Part shown: piece by piece, positions 43,527-52,674 of the stretch
Layout: the number at the start of each line of letters is the position of its first letter
Position numbering within the stretch: the stretch's first letter is position 1
Origin: a virus
Length of the DNA stretch: 64,000 nucleotides
Reading direction: 5' to 3' (one strand)
Virus record (IMG/VR): IMGVR_UViG_3300021963_000030
Notes under the pieces: model-generated
What the model saw: only the letters and a program-made list of their open reading frames with translations
The model's database searches: none
What the model was told of the DNA's origin: nothing
Program-made: the position numbers and the translations under genes

Positions 43527-44588
43527 ATGAAAACCGTATTAAACAAATATAACATCGACGTAACTAAGAACCCAATGTTCCTTGGAGAGGATCTTTCTCT
43601 TCAACGTTATGATAAACAGAAGTATCCAAAGTTCTATGATTTGTATGATCAACAGTTGAACTTTTTCTGGCGACCACAAGAGGTTTCACTTGTTAAGGAT
43701 ATTGCAGACTATAAGAATCTATCTGACGAAGAACGATTTGTTTTTGATAGCAACCTTAAGTTTCAGACTATGACTGACAGTATGTTGAGTCGTAGTATTC
43801 ACCAAATGATGAAACATGTCACCAATCCAGAATTGGAGATTTGTATGAACACTTGGAGTTTCTTTGAAACCATTCATAGCAATTCCTACACTTATATTCT
43901 CAACAATGTTTACCCAGATGCTACCAAGTTCTTTGACAGTATTCTTGAAGATAAAGAAATTGTCAAGAGGGCTAAGGCTATTAGTGAAAAGTATGATGCT
44001 TTGTTGGCAACTGACAAGGATGATATTCGTCAACAGATCTTTGATGCTATTTTGGCTACCCAAATCACTGAAGGTCTTGTGTTTTATGTATCGTTTGCTT
44101 GTTCCTTTTATTTCGGATATCGTGGTAAGATGGAAGGTAATGCAAAGATTATCAAGTTTATTAGTCGTGATGAAAACCTTCACGTTGCTATTACTCAAAA
44201 TATTATCAAACATCTATCTGAAAACAAGGACGAAGGTTTCCAAGATATTATCAAAAAGTCTGAAGACAAGATCTACGAAGCCTACAGAATTGCCGTAGAG
44301 GCAGAAAAGGATTGGGCTAACTATTTGTTCAGTAAGGGTAATCTTGTTGGTCTCACCAATGATAGTCTAAATACCTACATTGAGTGGCTCTGTAACAACC
44401 GTTTACAAAGTATTGGATATAAGAAGTTGTATCCTAACGCTAAAACGAATCCTTTGGCTGGTTGGTTGGATAGTTATTATGATAGTAAGAAGCTCCAAGT
44501 TGCTCCTCAAGAAACTGAGTTGAGCAGCTATGTAAAGGGTGTGGATAACACCATTTCAGAGGATGCTTTTGCTGGATTTAAGTTATAA
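43527..44588 (+). CDS. nrdB: Ribonucleotide reductase class Ia beta subunit
   Basis: FFWRPQEV, DSM, ETIHSNSY (radical Tyr), EGLVFY, DENLH, APQETELSSY. Confidence 0.96.
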   Translation: MKTVLNKYNIDVTKNPMFLGEDLSLQRYDKQKYPKFYDLYDQQLNFFWRPQEVSLVKDIADYKNLSDEERFVFDSNLKFQTMTDSMLSRSIHQMMKHVTNPELEICMNTWSFFETIHSNSYTYILNNVYPDATKFFDSILEDKEIVKRAKAISEKYDALLATDKDDIRQQIFDAILATQITEGLVFYVSFACSFYFGYRGKMEGNAKIIKFISRDENLHVAITQNIIKHLSENKDEGFQDIIKKSEDKIYEAYRIAVEAEKDWANYLFSKGNLVGLTNDSLNTYIEWLCNNRLQSIGYKKLYPNAKTNPLAGWLDSYYDSKKLQVAPQETELSSYVKGVDNTISEDAFAGFKL

Positions 44589-44640
44589 ATAATATGTCAC
44601 TTTTTATGAGTGACGTATATTTATATGATAGACTTACCAT

Positions 44641-45282
44641 ATGAACTATAGAGATCAACTGAAAAAAGCTGTTAAAAAGATAGTAAGAGAGGTCATTGAG
44701 GAAAAGCCTACCGCGGTCAGCAAGACTTGGGCTGAAATGATGGAATCTTTGTCTAAAGAAATCAAGAAGCCTATTACCTTTGATGATGCTGGAAACTATA
44801 ATGTTTGTGAGTGTGAACCACATCGCATTAGCATTCGTCCTATAGTTCACGATATCTTTGACCTACAATATTTCAAAGATGGTGTAGAACGTCAAAAGGT
44901 ATTGTTTGTTCCATTCGACGAAGTAAAGAAGTATGTAAAAGAGTGGTTGAATTCGAAGGAACCAAATTATGTTGACACTTGTTACGAAAGAACAGTTGAT
45001 AACAGCAAGGATAAACAAGGTGGTAAGAAAGCAGACAATCAGGCTGAAGAACAAAACTTAGTTAATCCAGAAAAAGATAACAAGGTGGTAAAGTCTATCA
45101 AGGCCAAGCCTATGAATGATGCTAAGGACGATCCAACTGAACCAATGCGTCCAGTTGATAAGTTTGAAAAGCAATCAGATCATAAGTCCAAGAAACCATC
45201 ATACGAAACACCAAAACTACCAAAGAGTCTACAAAAGTTGGTAGTCAAGTATACCAAAGGTGGTAAAGCTCGTAAAAAGTAA
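44641..45282 (+). CDS. Hypothetical late protein, Lys-rich tail
   Basis: TATTTAT at 44618; N-terminal LKKAVKKIVREVIEE amphipathic motif. Confidence 0.45.
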   Translation: MNYRDQLKKAVKKIVREVIEEKPTAVSKTWAEMMESLSKEIKKPITFDDAGNYNVCECEPHRISIRPIVHDIFDLQYFKDGVERQKVLFVPFDEVKKYVKEWLNSKEPNYVDTCYERTVDNSKDKQGGKKADNQAEEQNLVNPEKDNKVVKSIKAKPMNDAKDDPTEPMRPVDKFEKQSDHKSKKPSYETPKLPKSLQKLVVKYTKGGKARKK

Positions 45283-45294
45283 ATAATCATCGTT

Positions 45295-45657
45295 ATGCCA
45301 GAGGGTGAATTCAATCCCAACAGTTACGATGCGGTATTATCTTCTATTAATACCCAATTGCAGATAATGAATACTACTCTGGCAAAAATGCAGACCGATG
45401 AAAGTGAAAATAATAAAGCAATACAAGAAAAGATAGAAAAAGTTGAAAAACAAATTGACGAGAAGATCGGTGATCTAAACGAAAATTTGACAAAAAGCAT
45501 AACCGAAGTAAATAATAAAGTTATTGCACTTGAATATTTCAGATATTATCTAGCTGGTCTTGTAACTGCTGCATCCGCAATTGGAGGAGCTATTTTTTCA
45601 TTTATATTTACTAAGTGGTTTGGCGGTGGTGGTCCTCCAGCATCACCATCTGCTTGA
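45295..45657 (+). CDS. Coiled coil plus single C-terminal TM protein (XhlA/holin-like)
   Basis: Heptads to about aa 80, then YLAGLVTAASAIGGAIFSFIF. Confidence 0.45.
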   Translation: MPEGEFNPNSYDAVLSSINTQLQIMNTTLAKMQTDESENNKAIQEKIEKVEKQIDEKIGDLNENLTKSITEVNNKVIALEYFRYYLAGLVTAASAIGGAIFSFIFTKWFGGGGPPASPSA

Positions 45658-45716
45658 ATAACAAAAATTAAGCACCGTCTAATCTTCGTTAGTCCAAATT
45701 ATAACAAAGGATAAAT

Positions 45717-46073
45717 ATGAATAAAGCGGTAATGGGTGTTGTTCTTGCTTCAATATTGACAACACAAGCAGTTAAGGCGGGAGACAGAGAATGGGCGGTA
45801 GTAGGCAAAGTCTTGACAGGTGTAGCGGCAGTGCATGTTATTGATAGAATTGTAAATCCTCCAACTCAAGTGATTTATGTTCAACAACCAGTAGTAGTGC
45901 AACAGCCTGTAGTGGTTCAACAGCCAGTGGTCCAACAAGTGGTGGTTCAACCCACACCAGTAGTTTATGTGCAACCAGCACCCGTGGTTTATTATTCTAC
46001 TCCGGTTGTAACAGTTTATCCAGGCTGTCCAACGCCGGTATATCATAGACGACATCATCACTGGCATCGATAA
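45717..46073 (+). CDS. Secreted Pro/Val/Gln-rich small protein, host-like
   Basis: Signal peptide ...QAVKA-GDREWAVVGKVLTG; QQPVVV repeats; His/Arg-rich end; AAAGGA RBS and its own terminator. Confidence 0.55.
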   Translation: MNKAVMGVVLASILTTQAVKAGDREWAVVGKVLTGVAAVHVIDRIVNPPTQVIYVQQPVVVQQPVVVQQPVVQQVVVQPTPVVYVQPAPVVYYSTPVVTVYPGCPTPVYHRRHHHWHR

Positions 46074-46095
46074 TTTAAATAAAAATATCAAAATG

Positions 46096-46123
46096 AACCG
46101 CTGACAAAATCAGCGGTTTTTTT
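46096..46123 (+). terminator. Rho-independent terminator
   Basis: aaccgctga-caaaa-tcagcggtt plus T-run. Confidence 0.85.
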
Positions 46124-46132
46124 ATTTGGGTG

Positions 46133-46160
46133 TTGACATACAAAAAGTATGTGGTAGGAT
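46133..46160 (+). promoter_or_regulatory. Sigma70-like promoter for the MoxR-VWA operon
   Basis: TTGACA-N16-TAGGAT. Confidence 0.6.
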
Positions 46161-46162
46161 AG

Positions 46163-47158
46163 ATGGTGTTGAGATCATCTATGAAAAACAAAAATACACA
46201 CATGAATTTGACCACTACGGCGAATTTTGATATCAAGAAGTTCCTTGAAACTTGCAAGGATCTTCGTCCGTCCAGTTTGATTATGGACGATACCAAGTGG
46301 AAGTATATGGTTCGGTCCACTATCCGTGGCAAGAACATTCTTCTTCTTGGACCCACTGGTTGCGGTAAGACTCTTGCCGCTCAGACTGTTGCTAAGGTTG
46401 TTGGTAAGGAGAATAAGTTCTTCTATTTCAACCTTGGCGCCACGCAGGACGCTCGTGCTTCTCTGATTGGTAATACCCACTTCGATAAGTCTTCTGGAAC
46501 CTTCTTCAAGGAGTCTAGTTTTGTGAAGGCTATTCGCACTCCTAACGCCATCATTCTTCTTGACGAAATTAGTCGTAGTCATCACGATGGTGTCAATATT
46601 CTTATGACTGTTCTTGATGACCTACAACGTTATCTCCGTCTTGATGAGAAGGAAGACAGTGAGATTGTCAAGGTTGCTGATGGTGTTACCTTTATTGCTA
46701 CTGCCAACGTGGGCAACGAATACACCGCTACCCGTGTTATGGACCGTGCTTTGCTTTCACGTTTCCCCGTCAAGATTGAGATGACTCCTCTTGACCGTGA
46801 GAGTGAATTCAATTTGCTTAAGAGCCGTTTCGATATCACCGATGCCGACAAGTTGGATCTACTCAACTCTGTTTGCGATATCGCTGACCATACTCGTAAG
46901 CAAGTCAAGTTGGAGGACAGTAAGATTACCAACTTCTTGCCCACTCGTTCTACCGTCGAAATTGCTGAACTTATTGTTGATGGATTTAATTTGCTTGAAA
47001 TTGCCGAGACTACCATTTATCCTAACTTTAGTGAAGATGGTGGAGTTGACAGTGAACGCATTTACATGAAGCAGCTTGTTCAGAAGTATATCAAGACTGA
47101 TGCTAAAAGCAATCTGTTCAATGACCCTATCAAGGAATCTAATCAGGTTCCCTTTTAA
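46163..47158 (+). CDS. MoxR-family AAA+ ATPase (CobS/NirQ-like); true start may be 46181 or later
   Basis: GPTGCGKT, ILLDEISR, FIATANVG.EY...MDRALLSRF. Confidence 0.85.
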   Translation: MVLRSSMKNKNTHMNLTTTANFDIKKFLETCKDLRPSSLIMDDTKWKYMVRSTIRGKNILLLGPTGCGKTLAAQTVAKVVGKENKFFYFNLGATQDARASLIGNTHFDKSSGTFFKESSFVKAIRTPNAIILLDEISRSHHDGVNILMTVLDDLQRYLRLDEKEDSEIVKVADGVTFIATANVGNEYTATRVMDRALLSRFPVKIEMTPLDRESEFNLLKSRFDITDADKLDLLNSVCDIADHTRKQVKLEDSKITNFLPTRSTVEIAELIVDGFNLLEIAETTIYPNFSEDGGVDSERIYMKQLVQKYIKTDAKSNLFNDPIKESNQVPF

Positions 47159-47190
47159 TAGTAACAATTAACAAATAACCGACTTAATTT

Positions 47191-49281
47191 ATGGCTAAGC
47201 AACACAGCGACTTCTGGATGGAGGATTATGATCTTGATTGGGATTTTACCGAAGATTCCGATGATCTGGATCTTTCCAACGCCCAGACTGAGAAGACTGC
47301 ACAGTTGATTAGGTTGGCAGCTGCACGTAGAGCTATTTCTAACTACGTGTCTATTCTCACCAACAAGACGATTCCCGTCATGTTTAATGATCAAAACGTT
47401 AGCATGACAGATGGAAAGACTGTTTATATTGGTGCTGATGTAAATGAAAAGGGTAACTTTGATGTGGCTGTCGGATTGGCGCTGCATGAGGGCAGCCATA
47501 TCTGTTACTCTGATTTTGATTTGTATAAGACCCTTTGGCAAAAGGTTCCTAGGGAGATTTATGACTACGCAGCTAAACTTAACATTTCTAAGGAAGAAGT
47601 GGCGAATGTCTGTAAGACGCTTTTCAACATTATCGAAGACCGATATATTGACTACACCGTTTACAAAAATGCGCCTGGATACCGAGGATACTACGAGGCG
47701 CTTTACGACAAGTATTTCAATGCTAGTGTGATCGACGACGGTCTTAAGAGTGATTTGTATCGCAATCTCAACGTAGAGTCATATTTGTATCGTATTGTCA
47801 ACATTACCAACAAGCATACTGATTTGGATGCTTTGCCTGGTTTGTATGATATTGCCAAGACTCTGAATTTGTCTAACATTGCCCGTCTTAAGACTGGTAT
47901 GGATCGACTTGAGTGTGCATTTACTATCGCAACTATTTTGTTCAAGAATATTAATGAAGCTGATCCTACGGTAAAGATTCAGATTCAGAGTGATATGCTT
48001 GCCGCTGGAGATGGCGAAGAAAAGAAGCCTTCCGAGAATAACAAGAAGAATGTCGAAAACAGTTCTGATAAGAAGTCCGAAGATGATGTTCTTGGTGGCG
48101 ACACTACCGCTGTAGAGACCACTAATGATGTTAATGATAAGGATAATATTGGTGACGATCCGAAGATTTCTGATACTAAAAAGTCTAAGATCTCCAAGGC
48201 CTTTCAGAAGCAAAAGGAGTTCATTTCGGGATCTCTAAAGAAAAAGAAGGTCACCAAGAAGGATAATCAGATTCTTAATACATTGGAACGTAGTCAGATT
48301 GATCTGGTTGACGTTGGACATGAGTATGTTGTTAGTCAAAACAGTGTTGGCGCTATCGAATGTATTTTGGTCAAGAACCTTACTAGGGAACTTGCTACTT
48401 CTGAAGAGTTTCCTCTTGGACCGTCTCGTTCATTTTATGGATATAAAGATCCAAGTGCTATTCCTCAGGTCATGGACCTACAGAAGGTTATTGACCAAGG
48501 TATTTGTCTTGGTGTAAAGATTGGCAAGCGTCTTCAGTTTCGTAACGAGGTGAATATTGAGAAGTTCTCTCGTAGGGAAACTGGTAGGCTTGACAAGCGT
48601 ATCATTCATGAGTTGGGTTTTGATGCAGAAAACATCTTTTACACCACGGCGACTTCCAAGTATAAGAAGATGCAGTTCCATATTAGTGTGGATGCTAGTG
48701 CAAGTATGAGGGGTCCGAAGTGGCGTAAGACTATGCTTCTTTGCACTTCTATTGCCAAGGCTGCTAGTATGTTGGAGAACATCCATGTTACTATTAGTTT
48801 TAGGGCTACCATGGACAAGTTGCCGTATGTGGTAATTGCTTATGATTCTAAGAGGGACAAGATTTCTAAGATCAAGAACCTTTTTGCTTATATTCATCCA
48901 GAAGGATTGACTCCAGAGGGATTGAGTTTCGAGGCAATCATGCGTGAAATTCCGCAGGCGGACCACAACTCTGAGAGTTACTTTATCAATATCTCTGATG
49001 GCGAACCTTGTTTTTCGTTCAATGGCGAGAGCGTGGAACAACCTATCGGATATAGTGGTAATGATGCTGCTCTGCATACTAGGAAGCAGGTCAACAAGAT
49101 TCGTGCTCTTAACTACAAGGTAATTTCTTACTTTATCAGTGAAAGCACCGATTCGGCTCAACAGTTGAGTGCATTGTTTAAGACCATGTATGGAAAGGAC
49201 AGTGTGTTTATTAATGTTGAGAATATCAATCAGATTGTTAACACGCTCAATAAAAAGATGTTGGAAAGTGTTGACGTATAA
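47191..49281 (+). CDS. VWA-domain partner of MoxR with N-terminal HExxH metallopeptidase-like domain
   Basis: ALHEGSHI...NIIEDRYID; acidic linker; MIDAS VDASASM, GLTPEG, NISDGEP. Confidence 0.8.
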   Translation: MAKQHSDFWMEDYDLDWDFTEDSDDLDLSNAQTEKTAQLIRLAAARRAISNYVSILTNKTIPVMFNDQNVSMTDGKTVYIGADVNEKGNFDVAVGLALHEGSHICYSDFDLYKTLWQKVPREIYDYAAKLNISKEEVANVCKTLFNIIEDRYIDYTVYKNAPGYRGYYEALYDKYFNASVIDDGLKSDLYRNLNVESYLYRIVNITNKHTDLDALPGLYDIAKTLNLSNIARLKTGMDRLECAFTIATILFKNINEADPTVKIQIQSDMLAAGDGEEKKPSENNKKNVENSSDKKSEDDVLGGDTTAVETTNDVNDKDNIGDDPKISDTKKSKISKAFQKQKEFISGSLKKKKVTKKDNQILNTLERSQIDLVDVGHEYVVSQNSVGAIECILVKNLTRELATSEEFPLGPSRSFYGYKDPSAIPQVMDLQKVIDQGICLGVKIGKRLQFRNEVNIEKFSRRETGRLDKRIIHELGFDAENIFYTTATSKYKKMQFHISVDASASMRGPKWRKTMLLCTSIAKAASMLENIHVTISFRATMDKLPYVVIAYDSKRDKISKIKNLFAYIHPEGLTPEGLSFEAIMREIPQADHNSESYFINISDGEPCFSFNGESVEQPIGYSGNDAALHTRKQVNKIRALNYKVISYFISESTDSAQQLSALFKTMYGKDSVFINVENINQIVNTLNKKMLESVDV

Positions 49282-49299
49282 CAACTCGTCTGATATAAT
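49271..49299 (+). promoter_or_regulatory. Sigma70-like promoter
   Basis: TTGACG-N17-TATAAT; AAAGGA RBS before 49357. Confidence 0.6.
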
Positions 49300-49356
49300 T
49301 TAAAACAGGTAAACTATACCTAAACTACAAACATAAATAACAAGAAAGGATAAAAC

Positions 49357-49728
49357 ATGAAAAAGACTGATCGTAAGAATAAGACTAACCTCGTTGTCAA
49401 TTGGCCGAAGAATATCTTCACTATTGAGGAGTTGAACGAGAAGAACCCTGACTTTGTGAATATCACATTACGTGTTCGACTCAAGAAGGCTATTACCGAC
49501 AATGCGGTGTCCGAAGTTGGATATCTACACAATGGTAAGGGACGCCCTCGTTTGGTGTTGGCTTGTGCTCCTATTACGCAAGAGCATATTGCCGAGGCAA
49601 AGAGTAAGGGTGTTGTATTGAAGGATGGATTGAGTGTCAACGTTTTGAGTGTCAATGCTTCTAAGGAAGAGTCCGTTGCCACAGTTATTGAGTCAACCAA
49701 GTCACAGAGTGTTACTATGACTGTGTAA
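49357..49728 (+). CDS. Small basic protein, possible winged-helix DNA binder
   Basis: FTIEEL...VNITLRVRLKKAI...GKGRPRLVL. Confidence 0.4.
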   Translation: MKKTDRKNKTNLVVNWPKNIFTIEELNEKNPDFVNITLRVRLKKAITDNAVSEVGYLHNGKGRPRLVLACAPITQEHIAEAKSKGVVLKDGLSVNVLSVNASKEESVATVIESTKSQSVTMTV

Positions 49729-49736
49729 TAGTTGAT

Positions 49737-49976
49737 TTAAATATTGTGTGACCAAAGCGGACTGAGCTTAAGCTCTCCGCTTTTTTCTTTTGAATAATAG
49801 AATATAGAAGCATCTTTCATATGTTTCTTGATATTCTTAACTACACCTTCACACATATTCCAACTACCATAATAAATTGGTTCATCCATTTGACTATCAA
49901 AGATGCTGTATGATCTTTGACTTGTTTCAAATACAAAGAATGTTTGTTCTTTTGGATTGATCTTTTTGAACTTCAT
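49737..49976 (-). CDS. Small hypothetical protein
   Basis: 79-aa ORF convergent with 49357 and divergent from 49995. Confidence 0.5.
   Translation of the reverse strand: MKFKKINPKEQTFFVFETSQRSYSIFDSQMDEPIYYGSWNMCEGVVKNIKKHMKDASIFYYSKEKSGELKLSPLWSHNI
49754..49786 (+). terminator. Terminator hairpin in convergent region
   Basis: aaagcgga-ctgagcttaagctc-tccgcttt plus T-run. Confidence 0.75.
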
Positions 49977-49994
49977 GTTATACTATCTATAAAT

Positions 49995-51176
49995 ATGGCA
50001 GACATCTCAGAATTTTTTGGCGGAATAGAAGAATTTGATTACGAGGGAAATAAGAAGAAACTTATTGATAACCTCAATTATCTTAAGTCAATGTCTGTAG
50101 AAGAACAAACCTTCTATAAGAAGTGGATTGAACTACAAGAATTGACACACTATTCTGGTAAGGCAGCAATTGCTAAGAATAAGATTTGGACTCCAGCAGA
50201 TCTTAATAATGAAAAAAAGACGATTGCGGAGATTGAAAGTATTAATCCAACTGTAGTTCATGTTACAAATGATGCTTTGGATACTGAGTGGGTAATGTTG
50301 AGAACGTTTGTTCATACCATGGCATATGACCAAACACCAGGCAGATTCATCAAACTACTAATCAGCGACGGTAATAAAGATAATCCCAGATACCTAGGAG
50401 TAATTAGTATGTCTAGTGATGTTATTACCATTACCGACCGTGATAATTATATCGGTTGGACTCCAGATGCCAAGTTGAAAGGTAAGAAATTGAATAATAG
50501 TGCAATTGGTAGTTGTATTATGTCTACGCAACCGTTTGGCTATAACTTCTTGGGTGGTAAGTTGATTGCGGGACTTGTAACTGGCGAAACGGTTAGAAAT
50601 CTTTGGAAACAGTTGTATGGTCAAACACTAGCTGGTATTACCACAACCAGTCTATATGGTAGTTATAGTATGTATAACAGTCTTAAGTGGTGGCACAAGT
50701 GCGGGTCTAGTAGTGGTAAAATGACCATTAAGCCAGATGATGACATCTACAAGGTGTGGCATAATTGGATCAAAGAGAACAAGGCTGATAAATATAAACA
50801 AGCCATGACTCAACGTGAAGGTGTTAGTGGACCCGTGACTGGTGCCAAGAACAGAGTGTTGAGCATGATTTTCTCTCAATGTGAAATTAAAGCATCCGAA
50901 TATGTTCATGGTTACGAACGTGGAACCTACTATGCTTGTCCCTATCGTAATAGTAGAGAATTCTTGAAAGGTGAAATTGAAGAATCAAAGTTGGACCCCA
51001 ACCCAATTTACAACGAAAAGTTTATTATTGATTGGTGGAGACAAAAGGCAATTGCACGATATCAAACTCTCAAGAATGAGAAACGATTGAAGGGAGATAT
51101 TCTATATTACAACAAAATGATTGGAATGTCGTATGAAGACTCAAAAAAACTTTACTTTGGTGAGGTAGGAAGATGA
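49995..51176 (+). CDS. DUF4338 / Druantia DruA-like protein
   Basis: Start moved to ATG 49995 (MADISEFF). RYLGVI...DRDNYIGW...LNN..IG...QPFGYNFLGGKL...YG...AGITTTSLYG..SMYN matches my recollection of DUF4338. Confidence 0.65.
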   Translation: MADISEFFGGIEEFDYEGNKKKLIDNLNYLKSMSVEEQTFYKKWIELQELTHYSGKAAIAKNKIWTPADLNNEKKTIAEIESINPTVVHVTNDALDTEWVMLRTFVHTMAYDQTPGRFIKLLISDGNKDNPRYLGVISMSSDVITITDRDNYIGWTPDAKLKGKKLNNSAIGSCIMSTQPFGYNFLGGKLIAGLVTGETVRNLWKQLYGQTLAGITTTSLYGSYSMYNSLKWWHKCGSSSGKMTIKPDDDIYKVWHNWIKENKADKYKQAMTQREGVSGPVTGAKNRVLSMIFSQCEIKASEYVHGYERGTYYACPYRNSREFLKGEIEESKLDPNPIYNEKFIIDWWRQKAIARYQTLKNEKRLKGDILYYNKMIGMSYEDSKKLYFGEVGR

Positions 51177-51204
51177 GATTTTTACTATTTATTATGGTAA
51201 AGAC

Positions 51205-51621
51205 ATGGGAAAAAGTAAAAATCCGTCCGTCAATTATACATTTGCAGATAGATATCAAAAATTTATATCTAAGCTGACGCAATTTGCCAAGTCTGCTAGA
51301 ACAACCACAGAAAAAGATACTTCTCCCGATGGCGTATTCACTGGTGAACCTGGTGATTTGTTGGTAAAAAATGATAACTTAATTTGGTATAGAGACAATT
51401 CAGACGCCGATTTTAATTCATTATCAGATCAATTTCCCGATCTTACCAAAAAAACTCAATACGTTTTAACCCAAGGCATCAATAAAAAGGCGTCTTGGGT
51501 TAAAACAGCTGCTGGCCCTACCACTTGGAAACTTCTTGGATACTTCTGTCCAATATTAGGTGTTGATTGTTGTGCTACTGGTTCGTTTAGTGGAAGTCAA
51601 AGCGGTAGTGGTAGCTTCTAA
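51205..51621 (+). CDS. Hypothetical late protein
   Basis: TATTTAT at 51186; PDGVFTGEPGDL...SWVK...TTW resembles a fibre N-terminal motif. Confidence 0.4.
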   Translation: MGKSKNPSVNYTFADRYQKFISKLTQFAKSARTTTEKDTSPDGVFTGEPGDLLVKNDNLIWYRDNSDADFNSLSDQFPDLTKKTQYVLTQGINKKASWVKTAAGPTTWKLLGYFCPILGVDCCATGSFSGSQSGSGSF

Positions 51622-51649
51622 TTGACTTTGATCACGCTCATGGTATACT
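51622..51649 (+). promoter_or_regulatory. Sigma70-like promoter, probably leaderless
   Basis: TTGACT-N16-TATACT, 7 nt before ATG(51657). Confidence 0.6.
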
Positions 51650-51656
51650 AATTATC

Positions 51657-52568
51657 ATGAGAAAAAGTCTGTGTTGTATATCCCTAAAACTGCAAGAACG
51701 TGGTATCAAAGCAAATACCATGACAAAATCTAGGTTTCTTGCACTAGAACGTGTCGATTCACTGGAAATTCTTAGTAAACGTGTATTGAACAACGTTATT
51801 GTTACAAAAGAAACTATCAAGTATTGTATCAATAAAGGTTGGAACTACCGTGTAAGCAGTGATTTATTTCCTCTAAAAACTCTTCCAGAGGCTAATCTTG
51901 ACTTTGATTGTCTTCCAGATAAAGATAAAATTGATCAAGCATTTGATGAATGTGTTGTTCTTATCAAAAATAGTAAGATTCGTTGTAGCACACATCCTGA
52001 CCAGTTTGTGGTTCCAGCTAGTGCAAATTCGACTGTAGCACAAAAGTCTATTGTGGAATTGACCTATCATGCGGATGTAATGGACCGTTTGGGTCTTCCT
52101 CGTTCGTATAATGCGCCTATAAACATCCATATGAACTGTTATAAAGGAGACCTCAAAGCTACGGCAAAACGGTTTATAGAGGTGTTTAGACAGCTTCCTG
52201 ATGGTGTTAAGAGCCGTTTGGTCTTAGAGAACGAAGACAAGCCCAACAGTTGGAATGTCAAACAACTGTATGATTATATTTATCAAGAAACCGGAATCCC
52301 AATTACGTATGATAATCTGCATTTCAGATGCAATACTGGTGGATTGACTGCCAAGGATGCGGTGACACTGTGTAAGTCTACATGGGGTAGTTACGTTCCT
52401 CTATTTCATTTCAGCGACAACGATGTCAAGAATCGTAATCCTCGTGCGCATGCGGACTATCCTACTGTGTTTCCCGATGAATATATTGGTGAAAATATCG
52501 ATTTGGACTTTGAGTTCAAGGCAAAGGACTATGCGATTGAATTTTTTGAACATAAACTCCAAAAATAA
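51657..52568 (+). CDS. uvsE: UV-damage endonuclease (UvsE/UVDE)
   Basis: YRVSSDLFP, RCSTHPDQF, INIH, RLVLENEDK, TYD.LH, LFHFS, RAHADY, EFKAKD.A. Confidence 0.92.
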   Translation: MRKSLCCISLKLQERGIKANTMTKSRFLALERVDSLEILSKRVLNNVIVTKETIKYCINKGWNYRVSSDLFPLKTLPEANLDFDCLPDKDKIDQAFDECVVLIKNSKIRCSTHPDQFVVPASANSTVAQKSIVELTYHADVMDRLGLPRSYNAPINIHMNCYKGDLKATAKRFIEVFRQLPDGVKSRLVLENEDKPNSWNVKQLYDYIYQETGIPITYDNLHFRCNTGGLTAKDAVTLCKSTWGSYVPLFHFSDNDVKNRNPRAHADYPTVFPDEYIGENIDLDFEFKAKDYAIEFFEHKLQK

Positions 52569-52583
52569 AAAAAGTAGAAGTTG

Positions 52584-52611
52584 TTGACTTCTTCAAACTG
52601 TGTGTTAAGAT
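52584..52611 (+). promoter_or_regulatory. Sigma70-like promoter
   Basis: TTGACT-N16-TAAGAT followed by an A-rich leader. Confidence 0.5.
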
Positions 52612-52674
52612 TATTTCAAGTTGGTGATGAACTAACGAAACAAAAACAAAAAAACAAAAGAAAGAAAAATAAAT

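Noticed and set aside
37433-44588. Introns or inteins in recA, helicase, nrdA, nrdB
   Set aside because: Lengths are ordinary and motifs are contiguous; no HINT or homing-endonuclease motifs seen.
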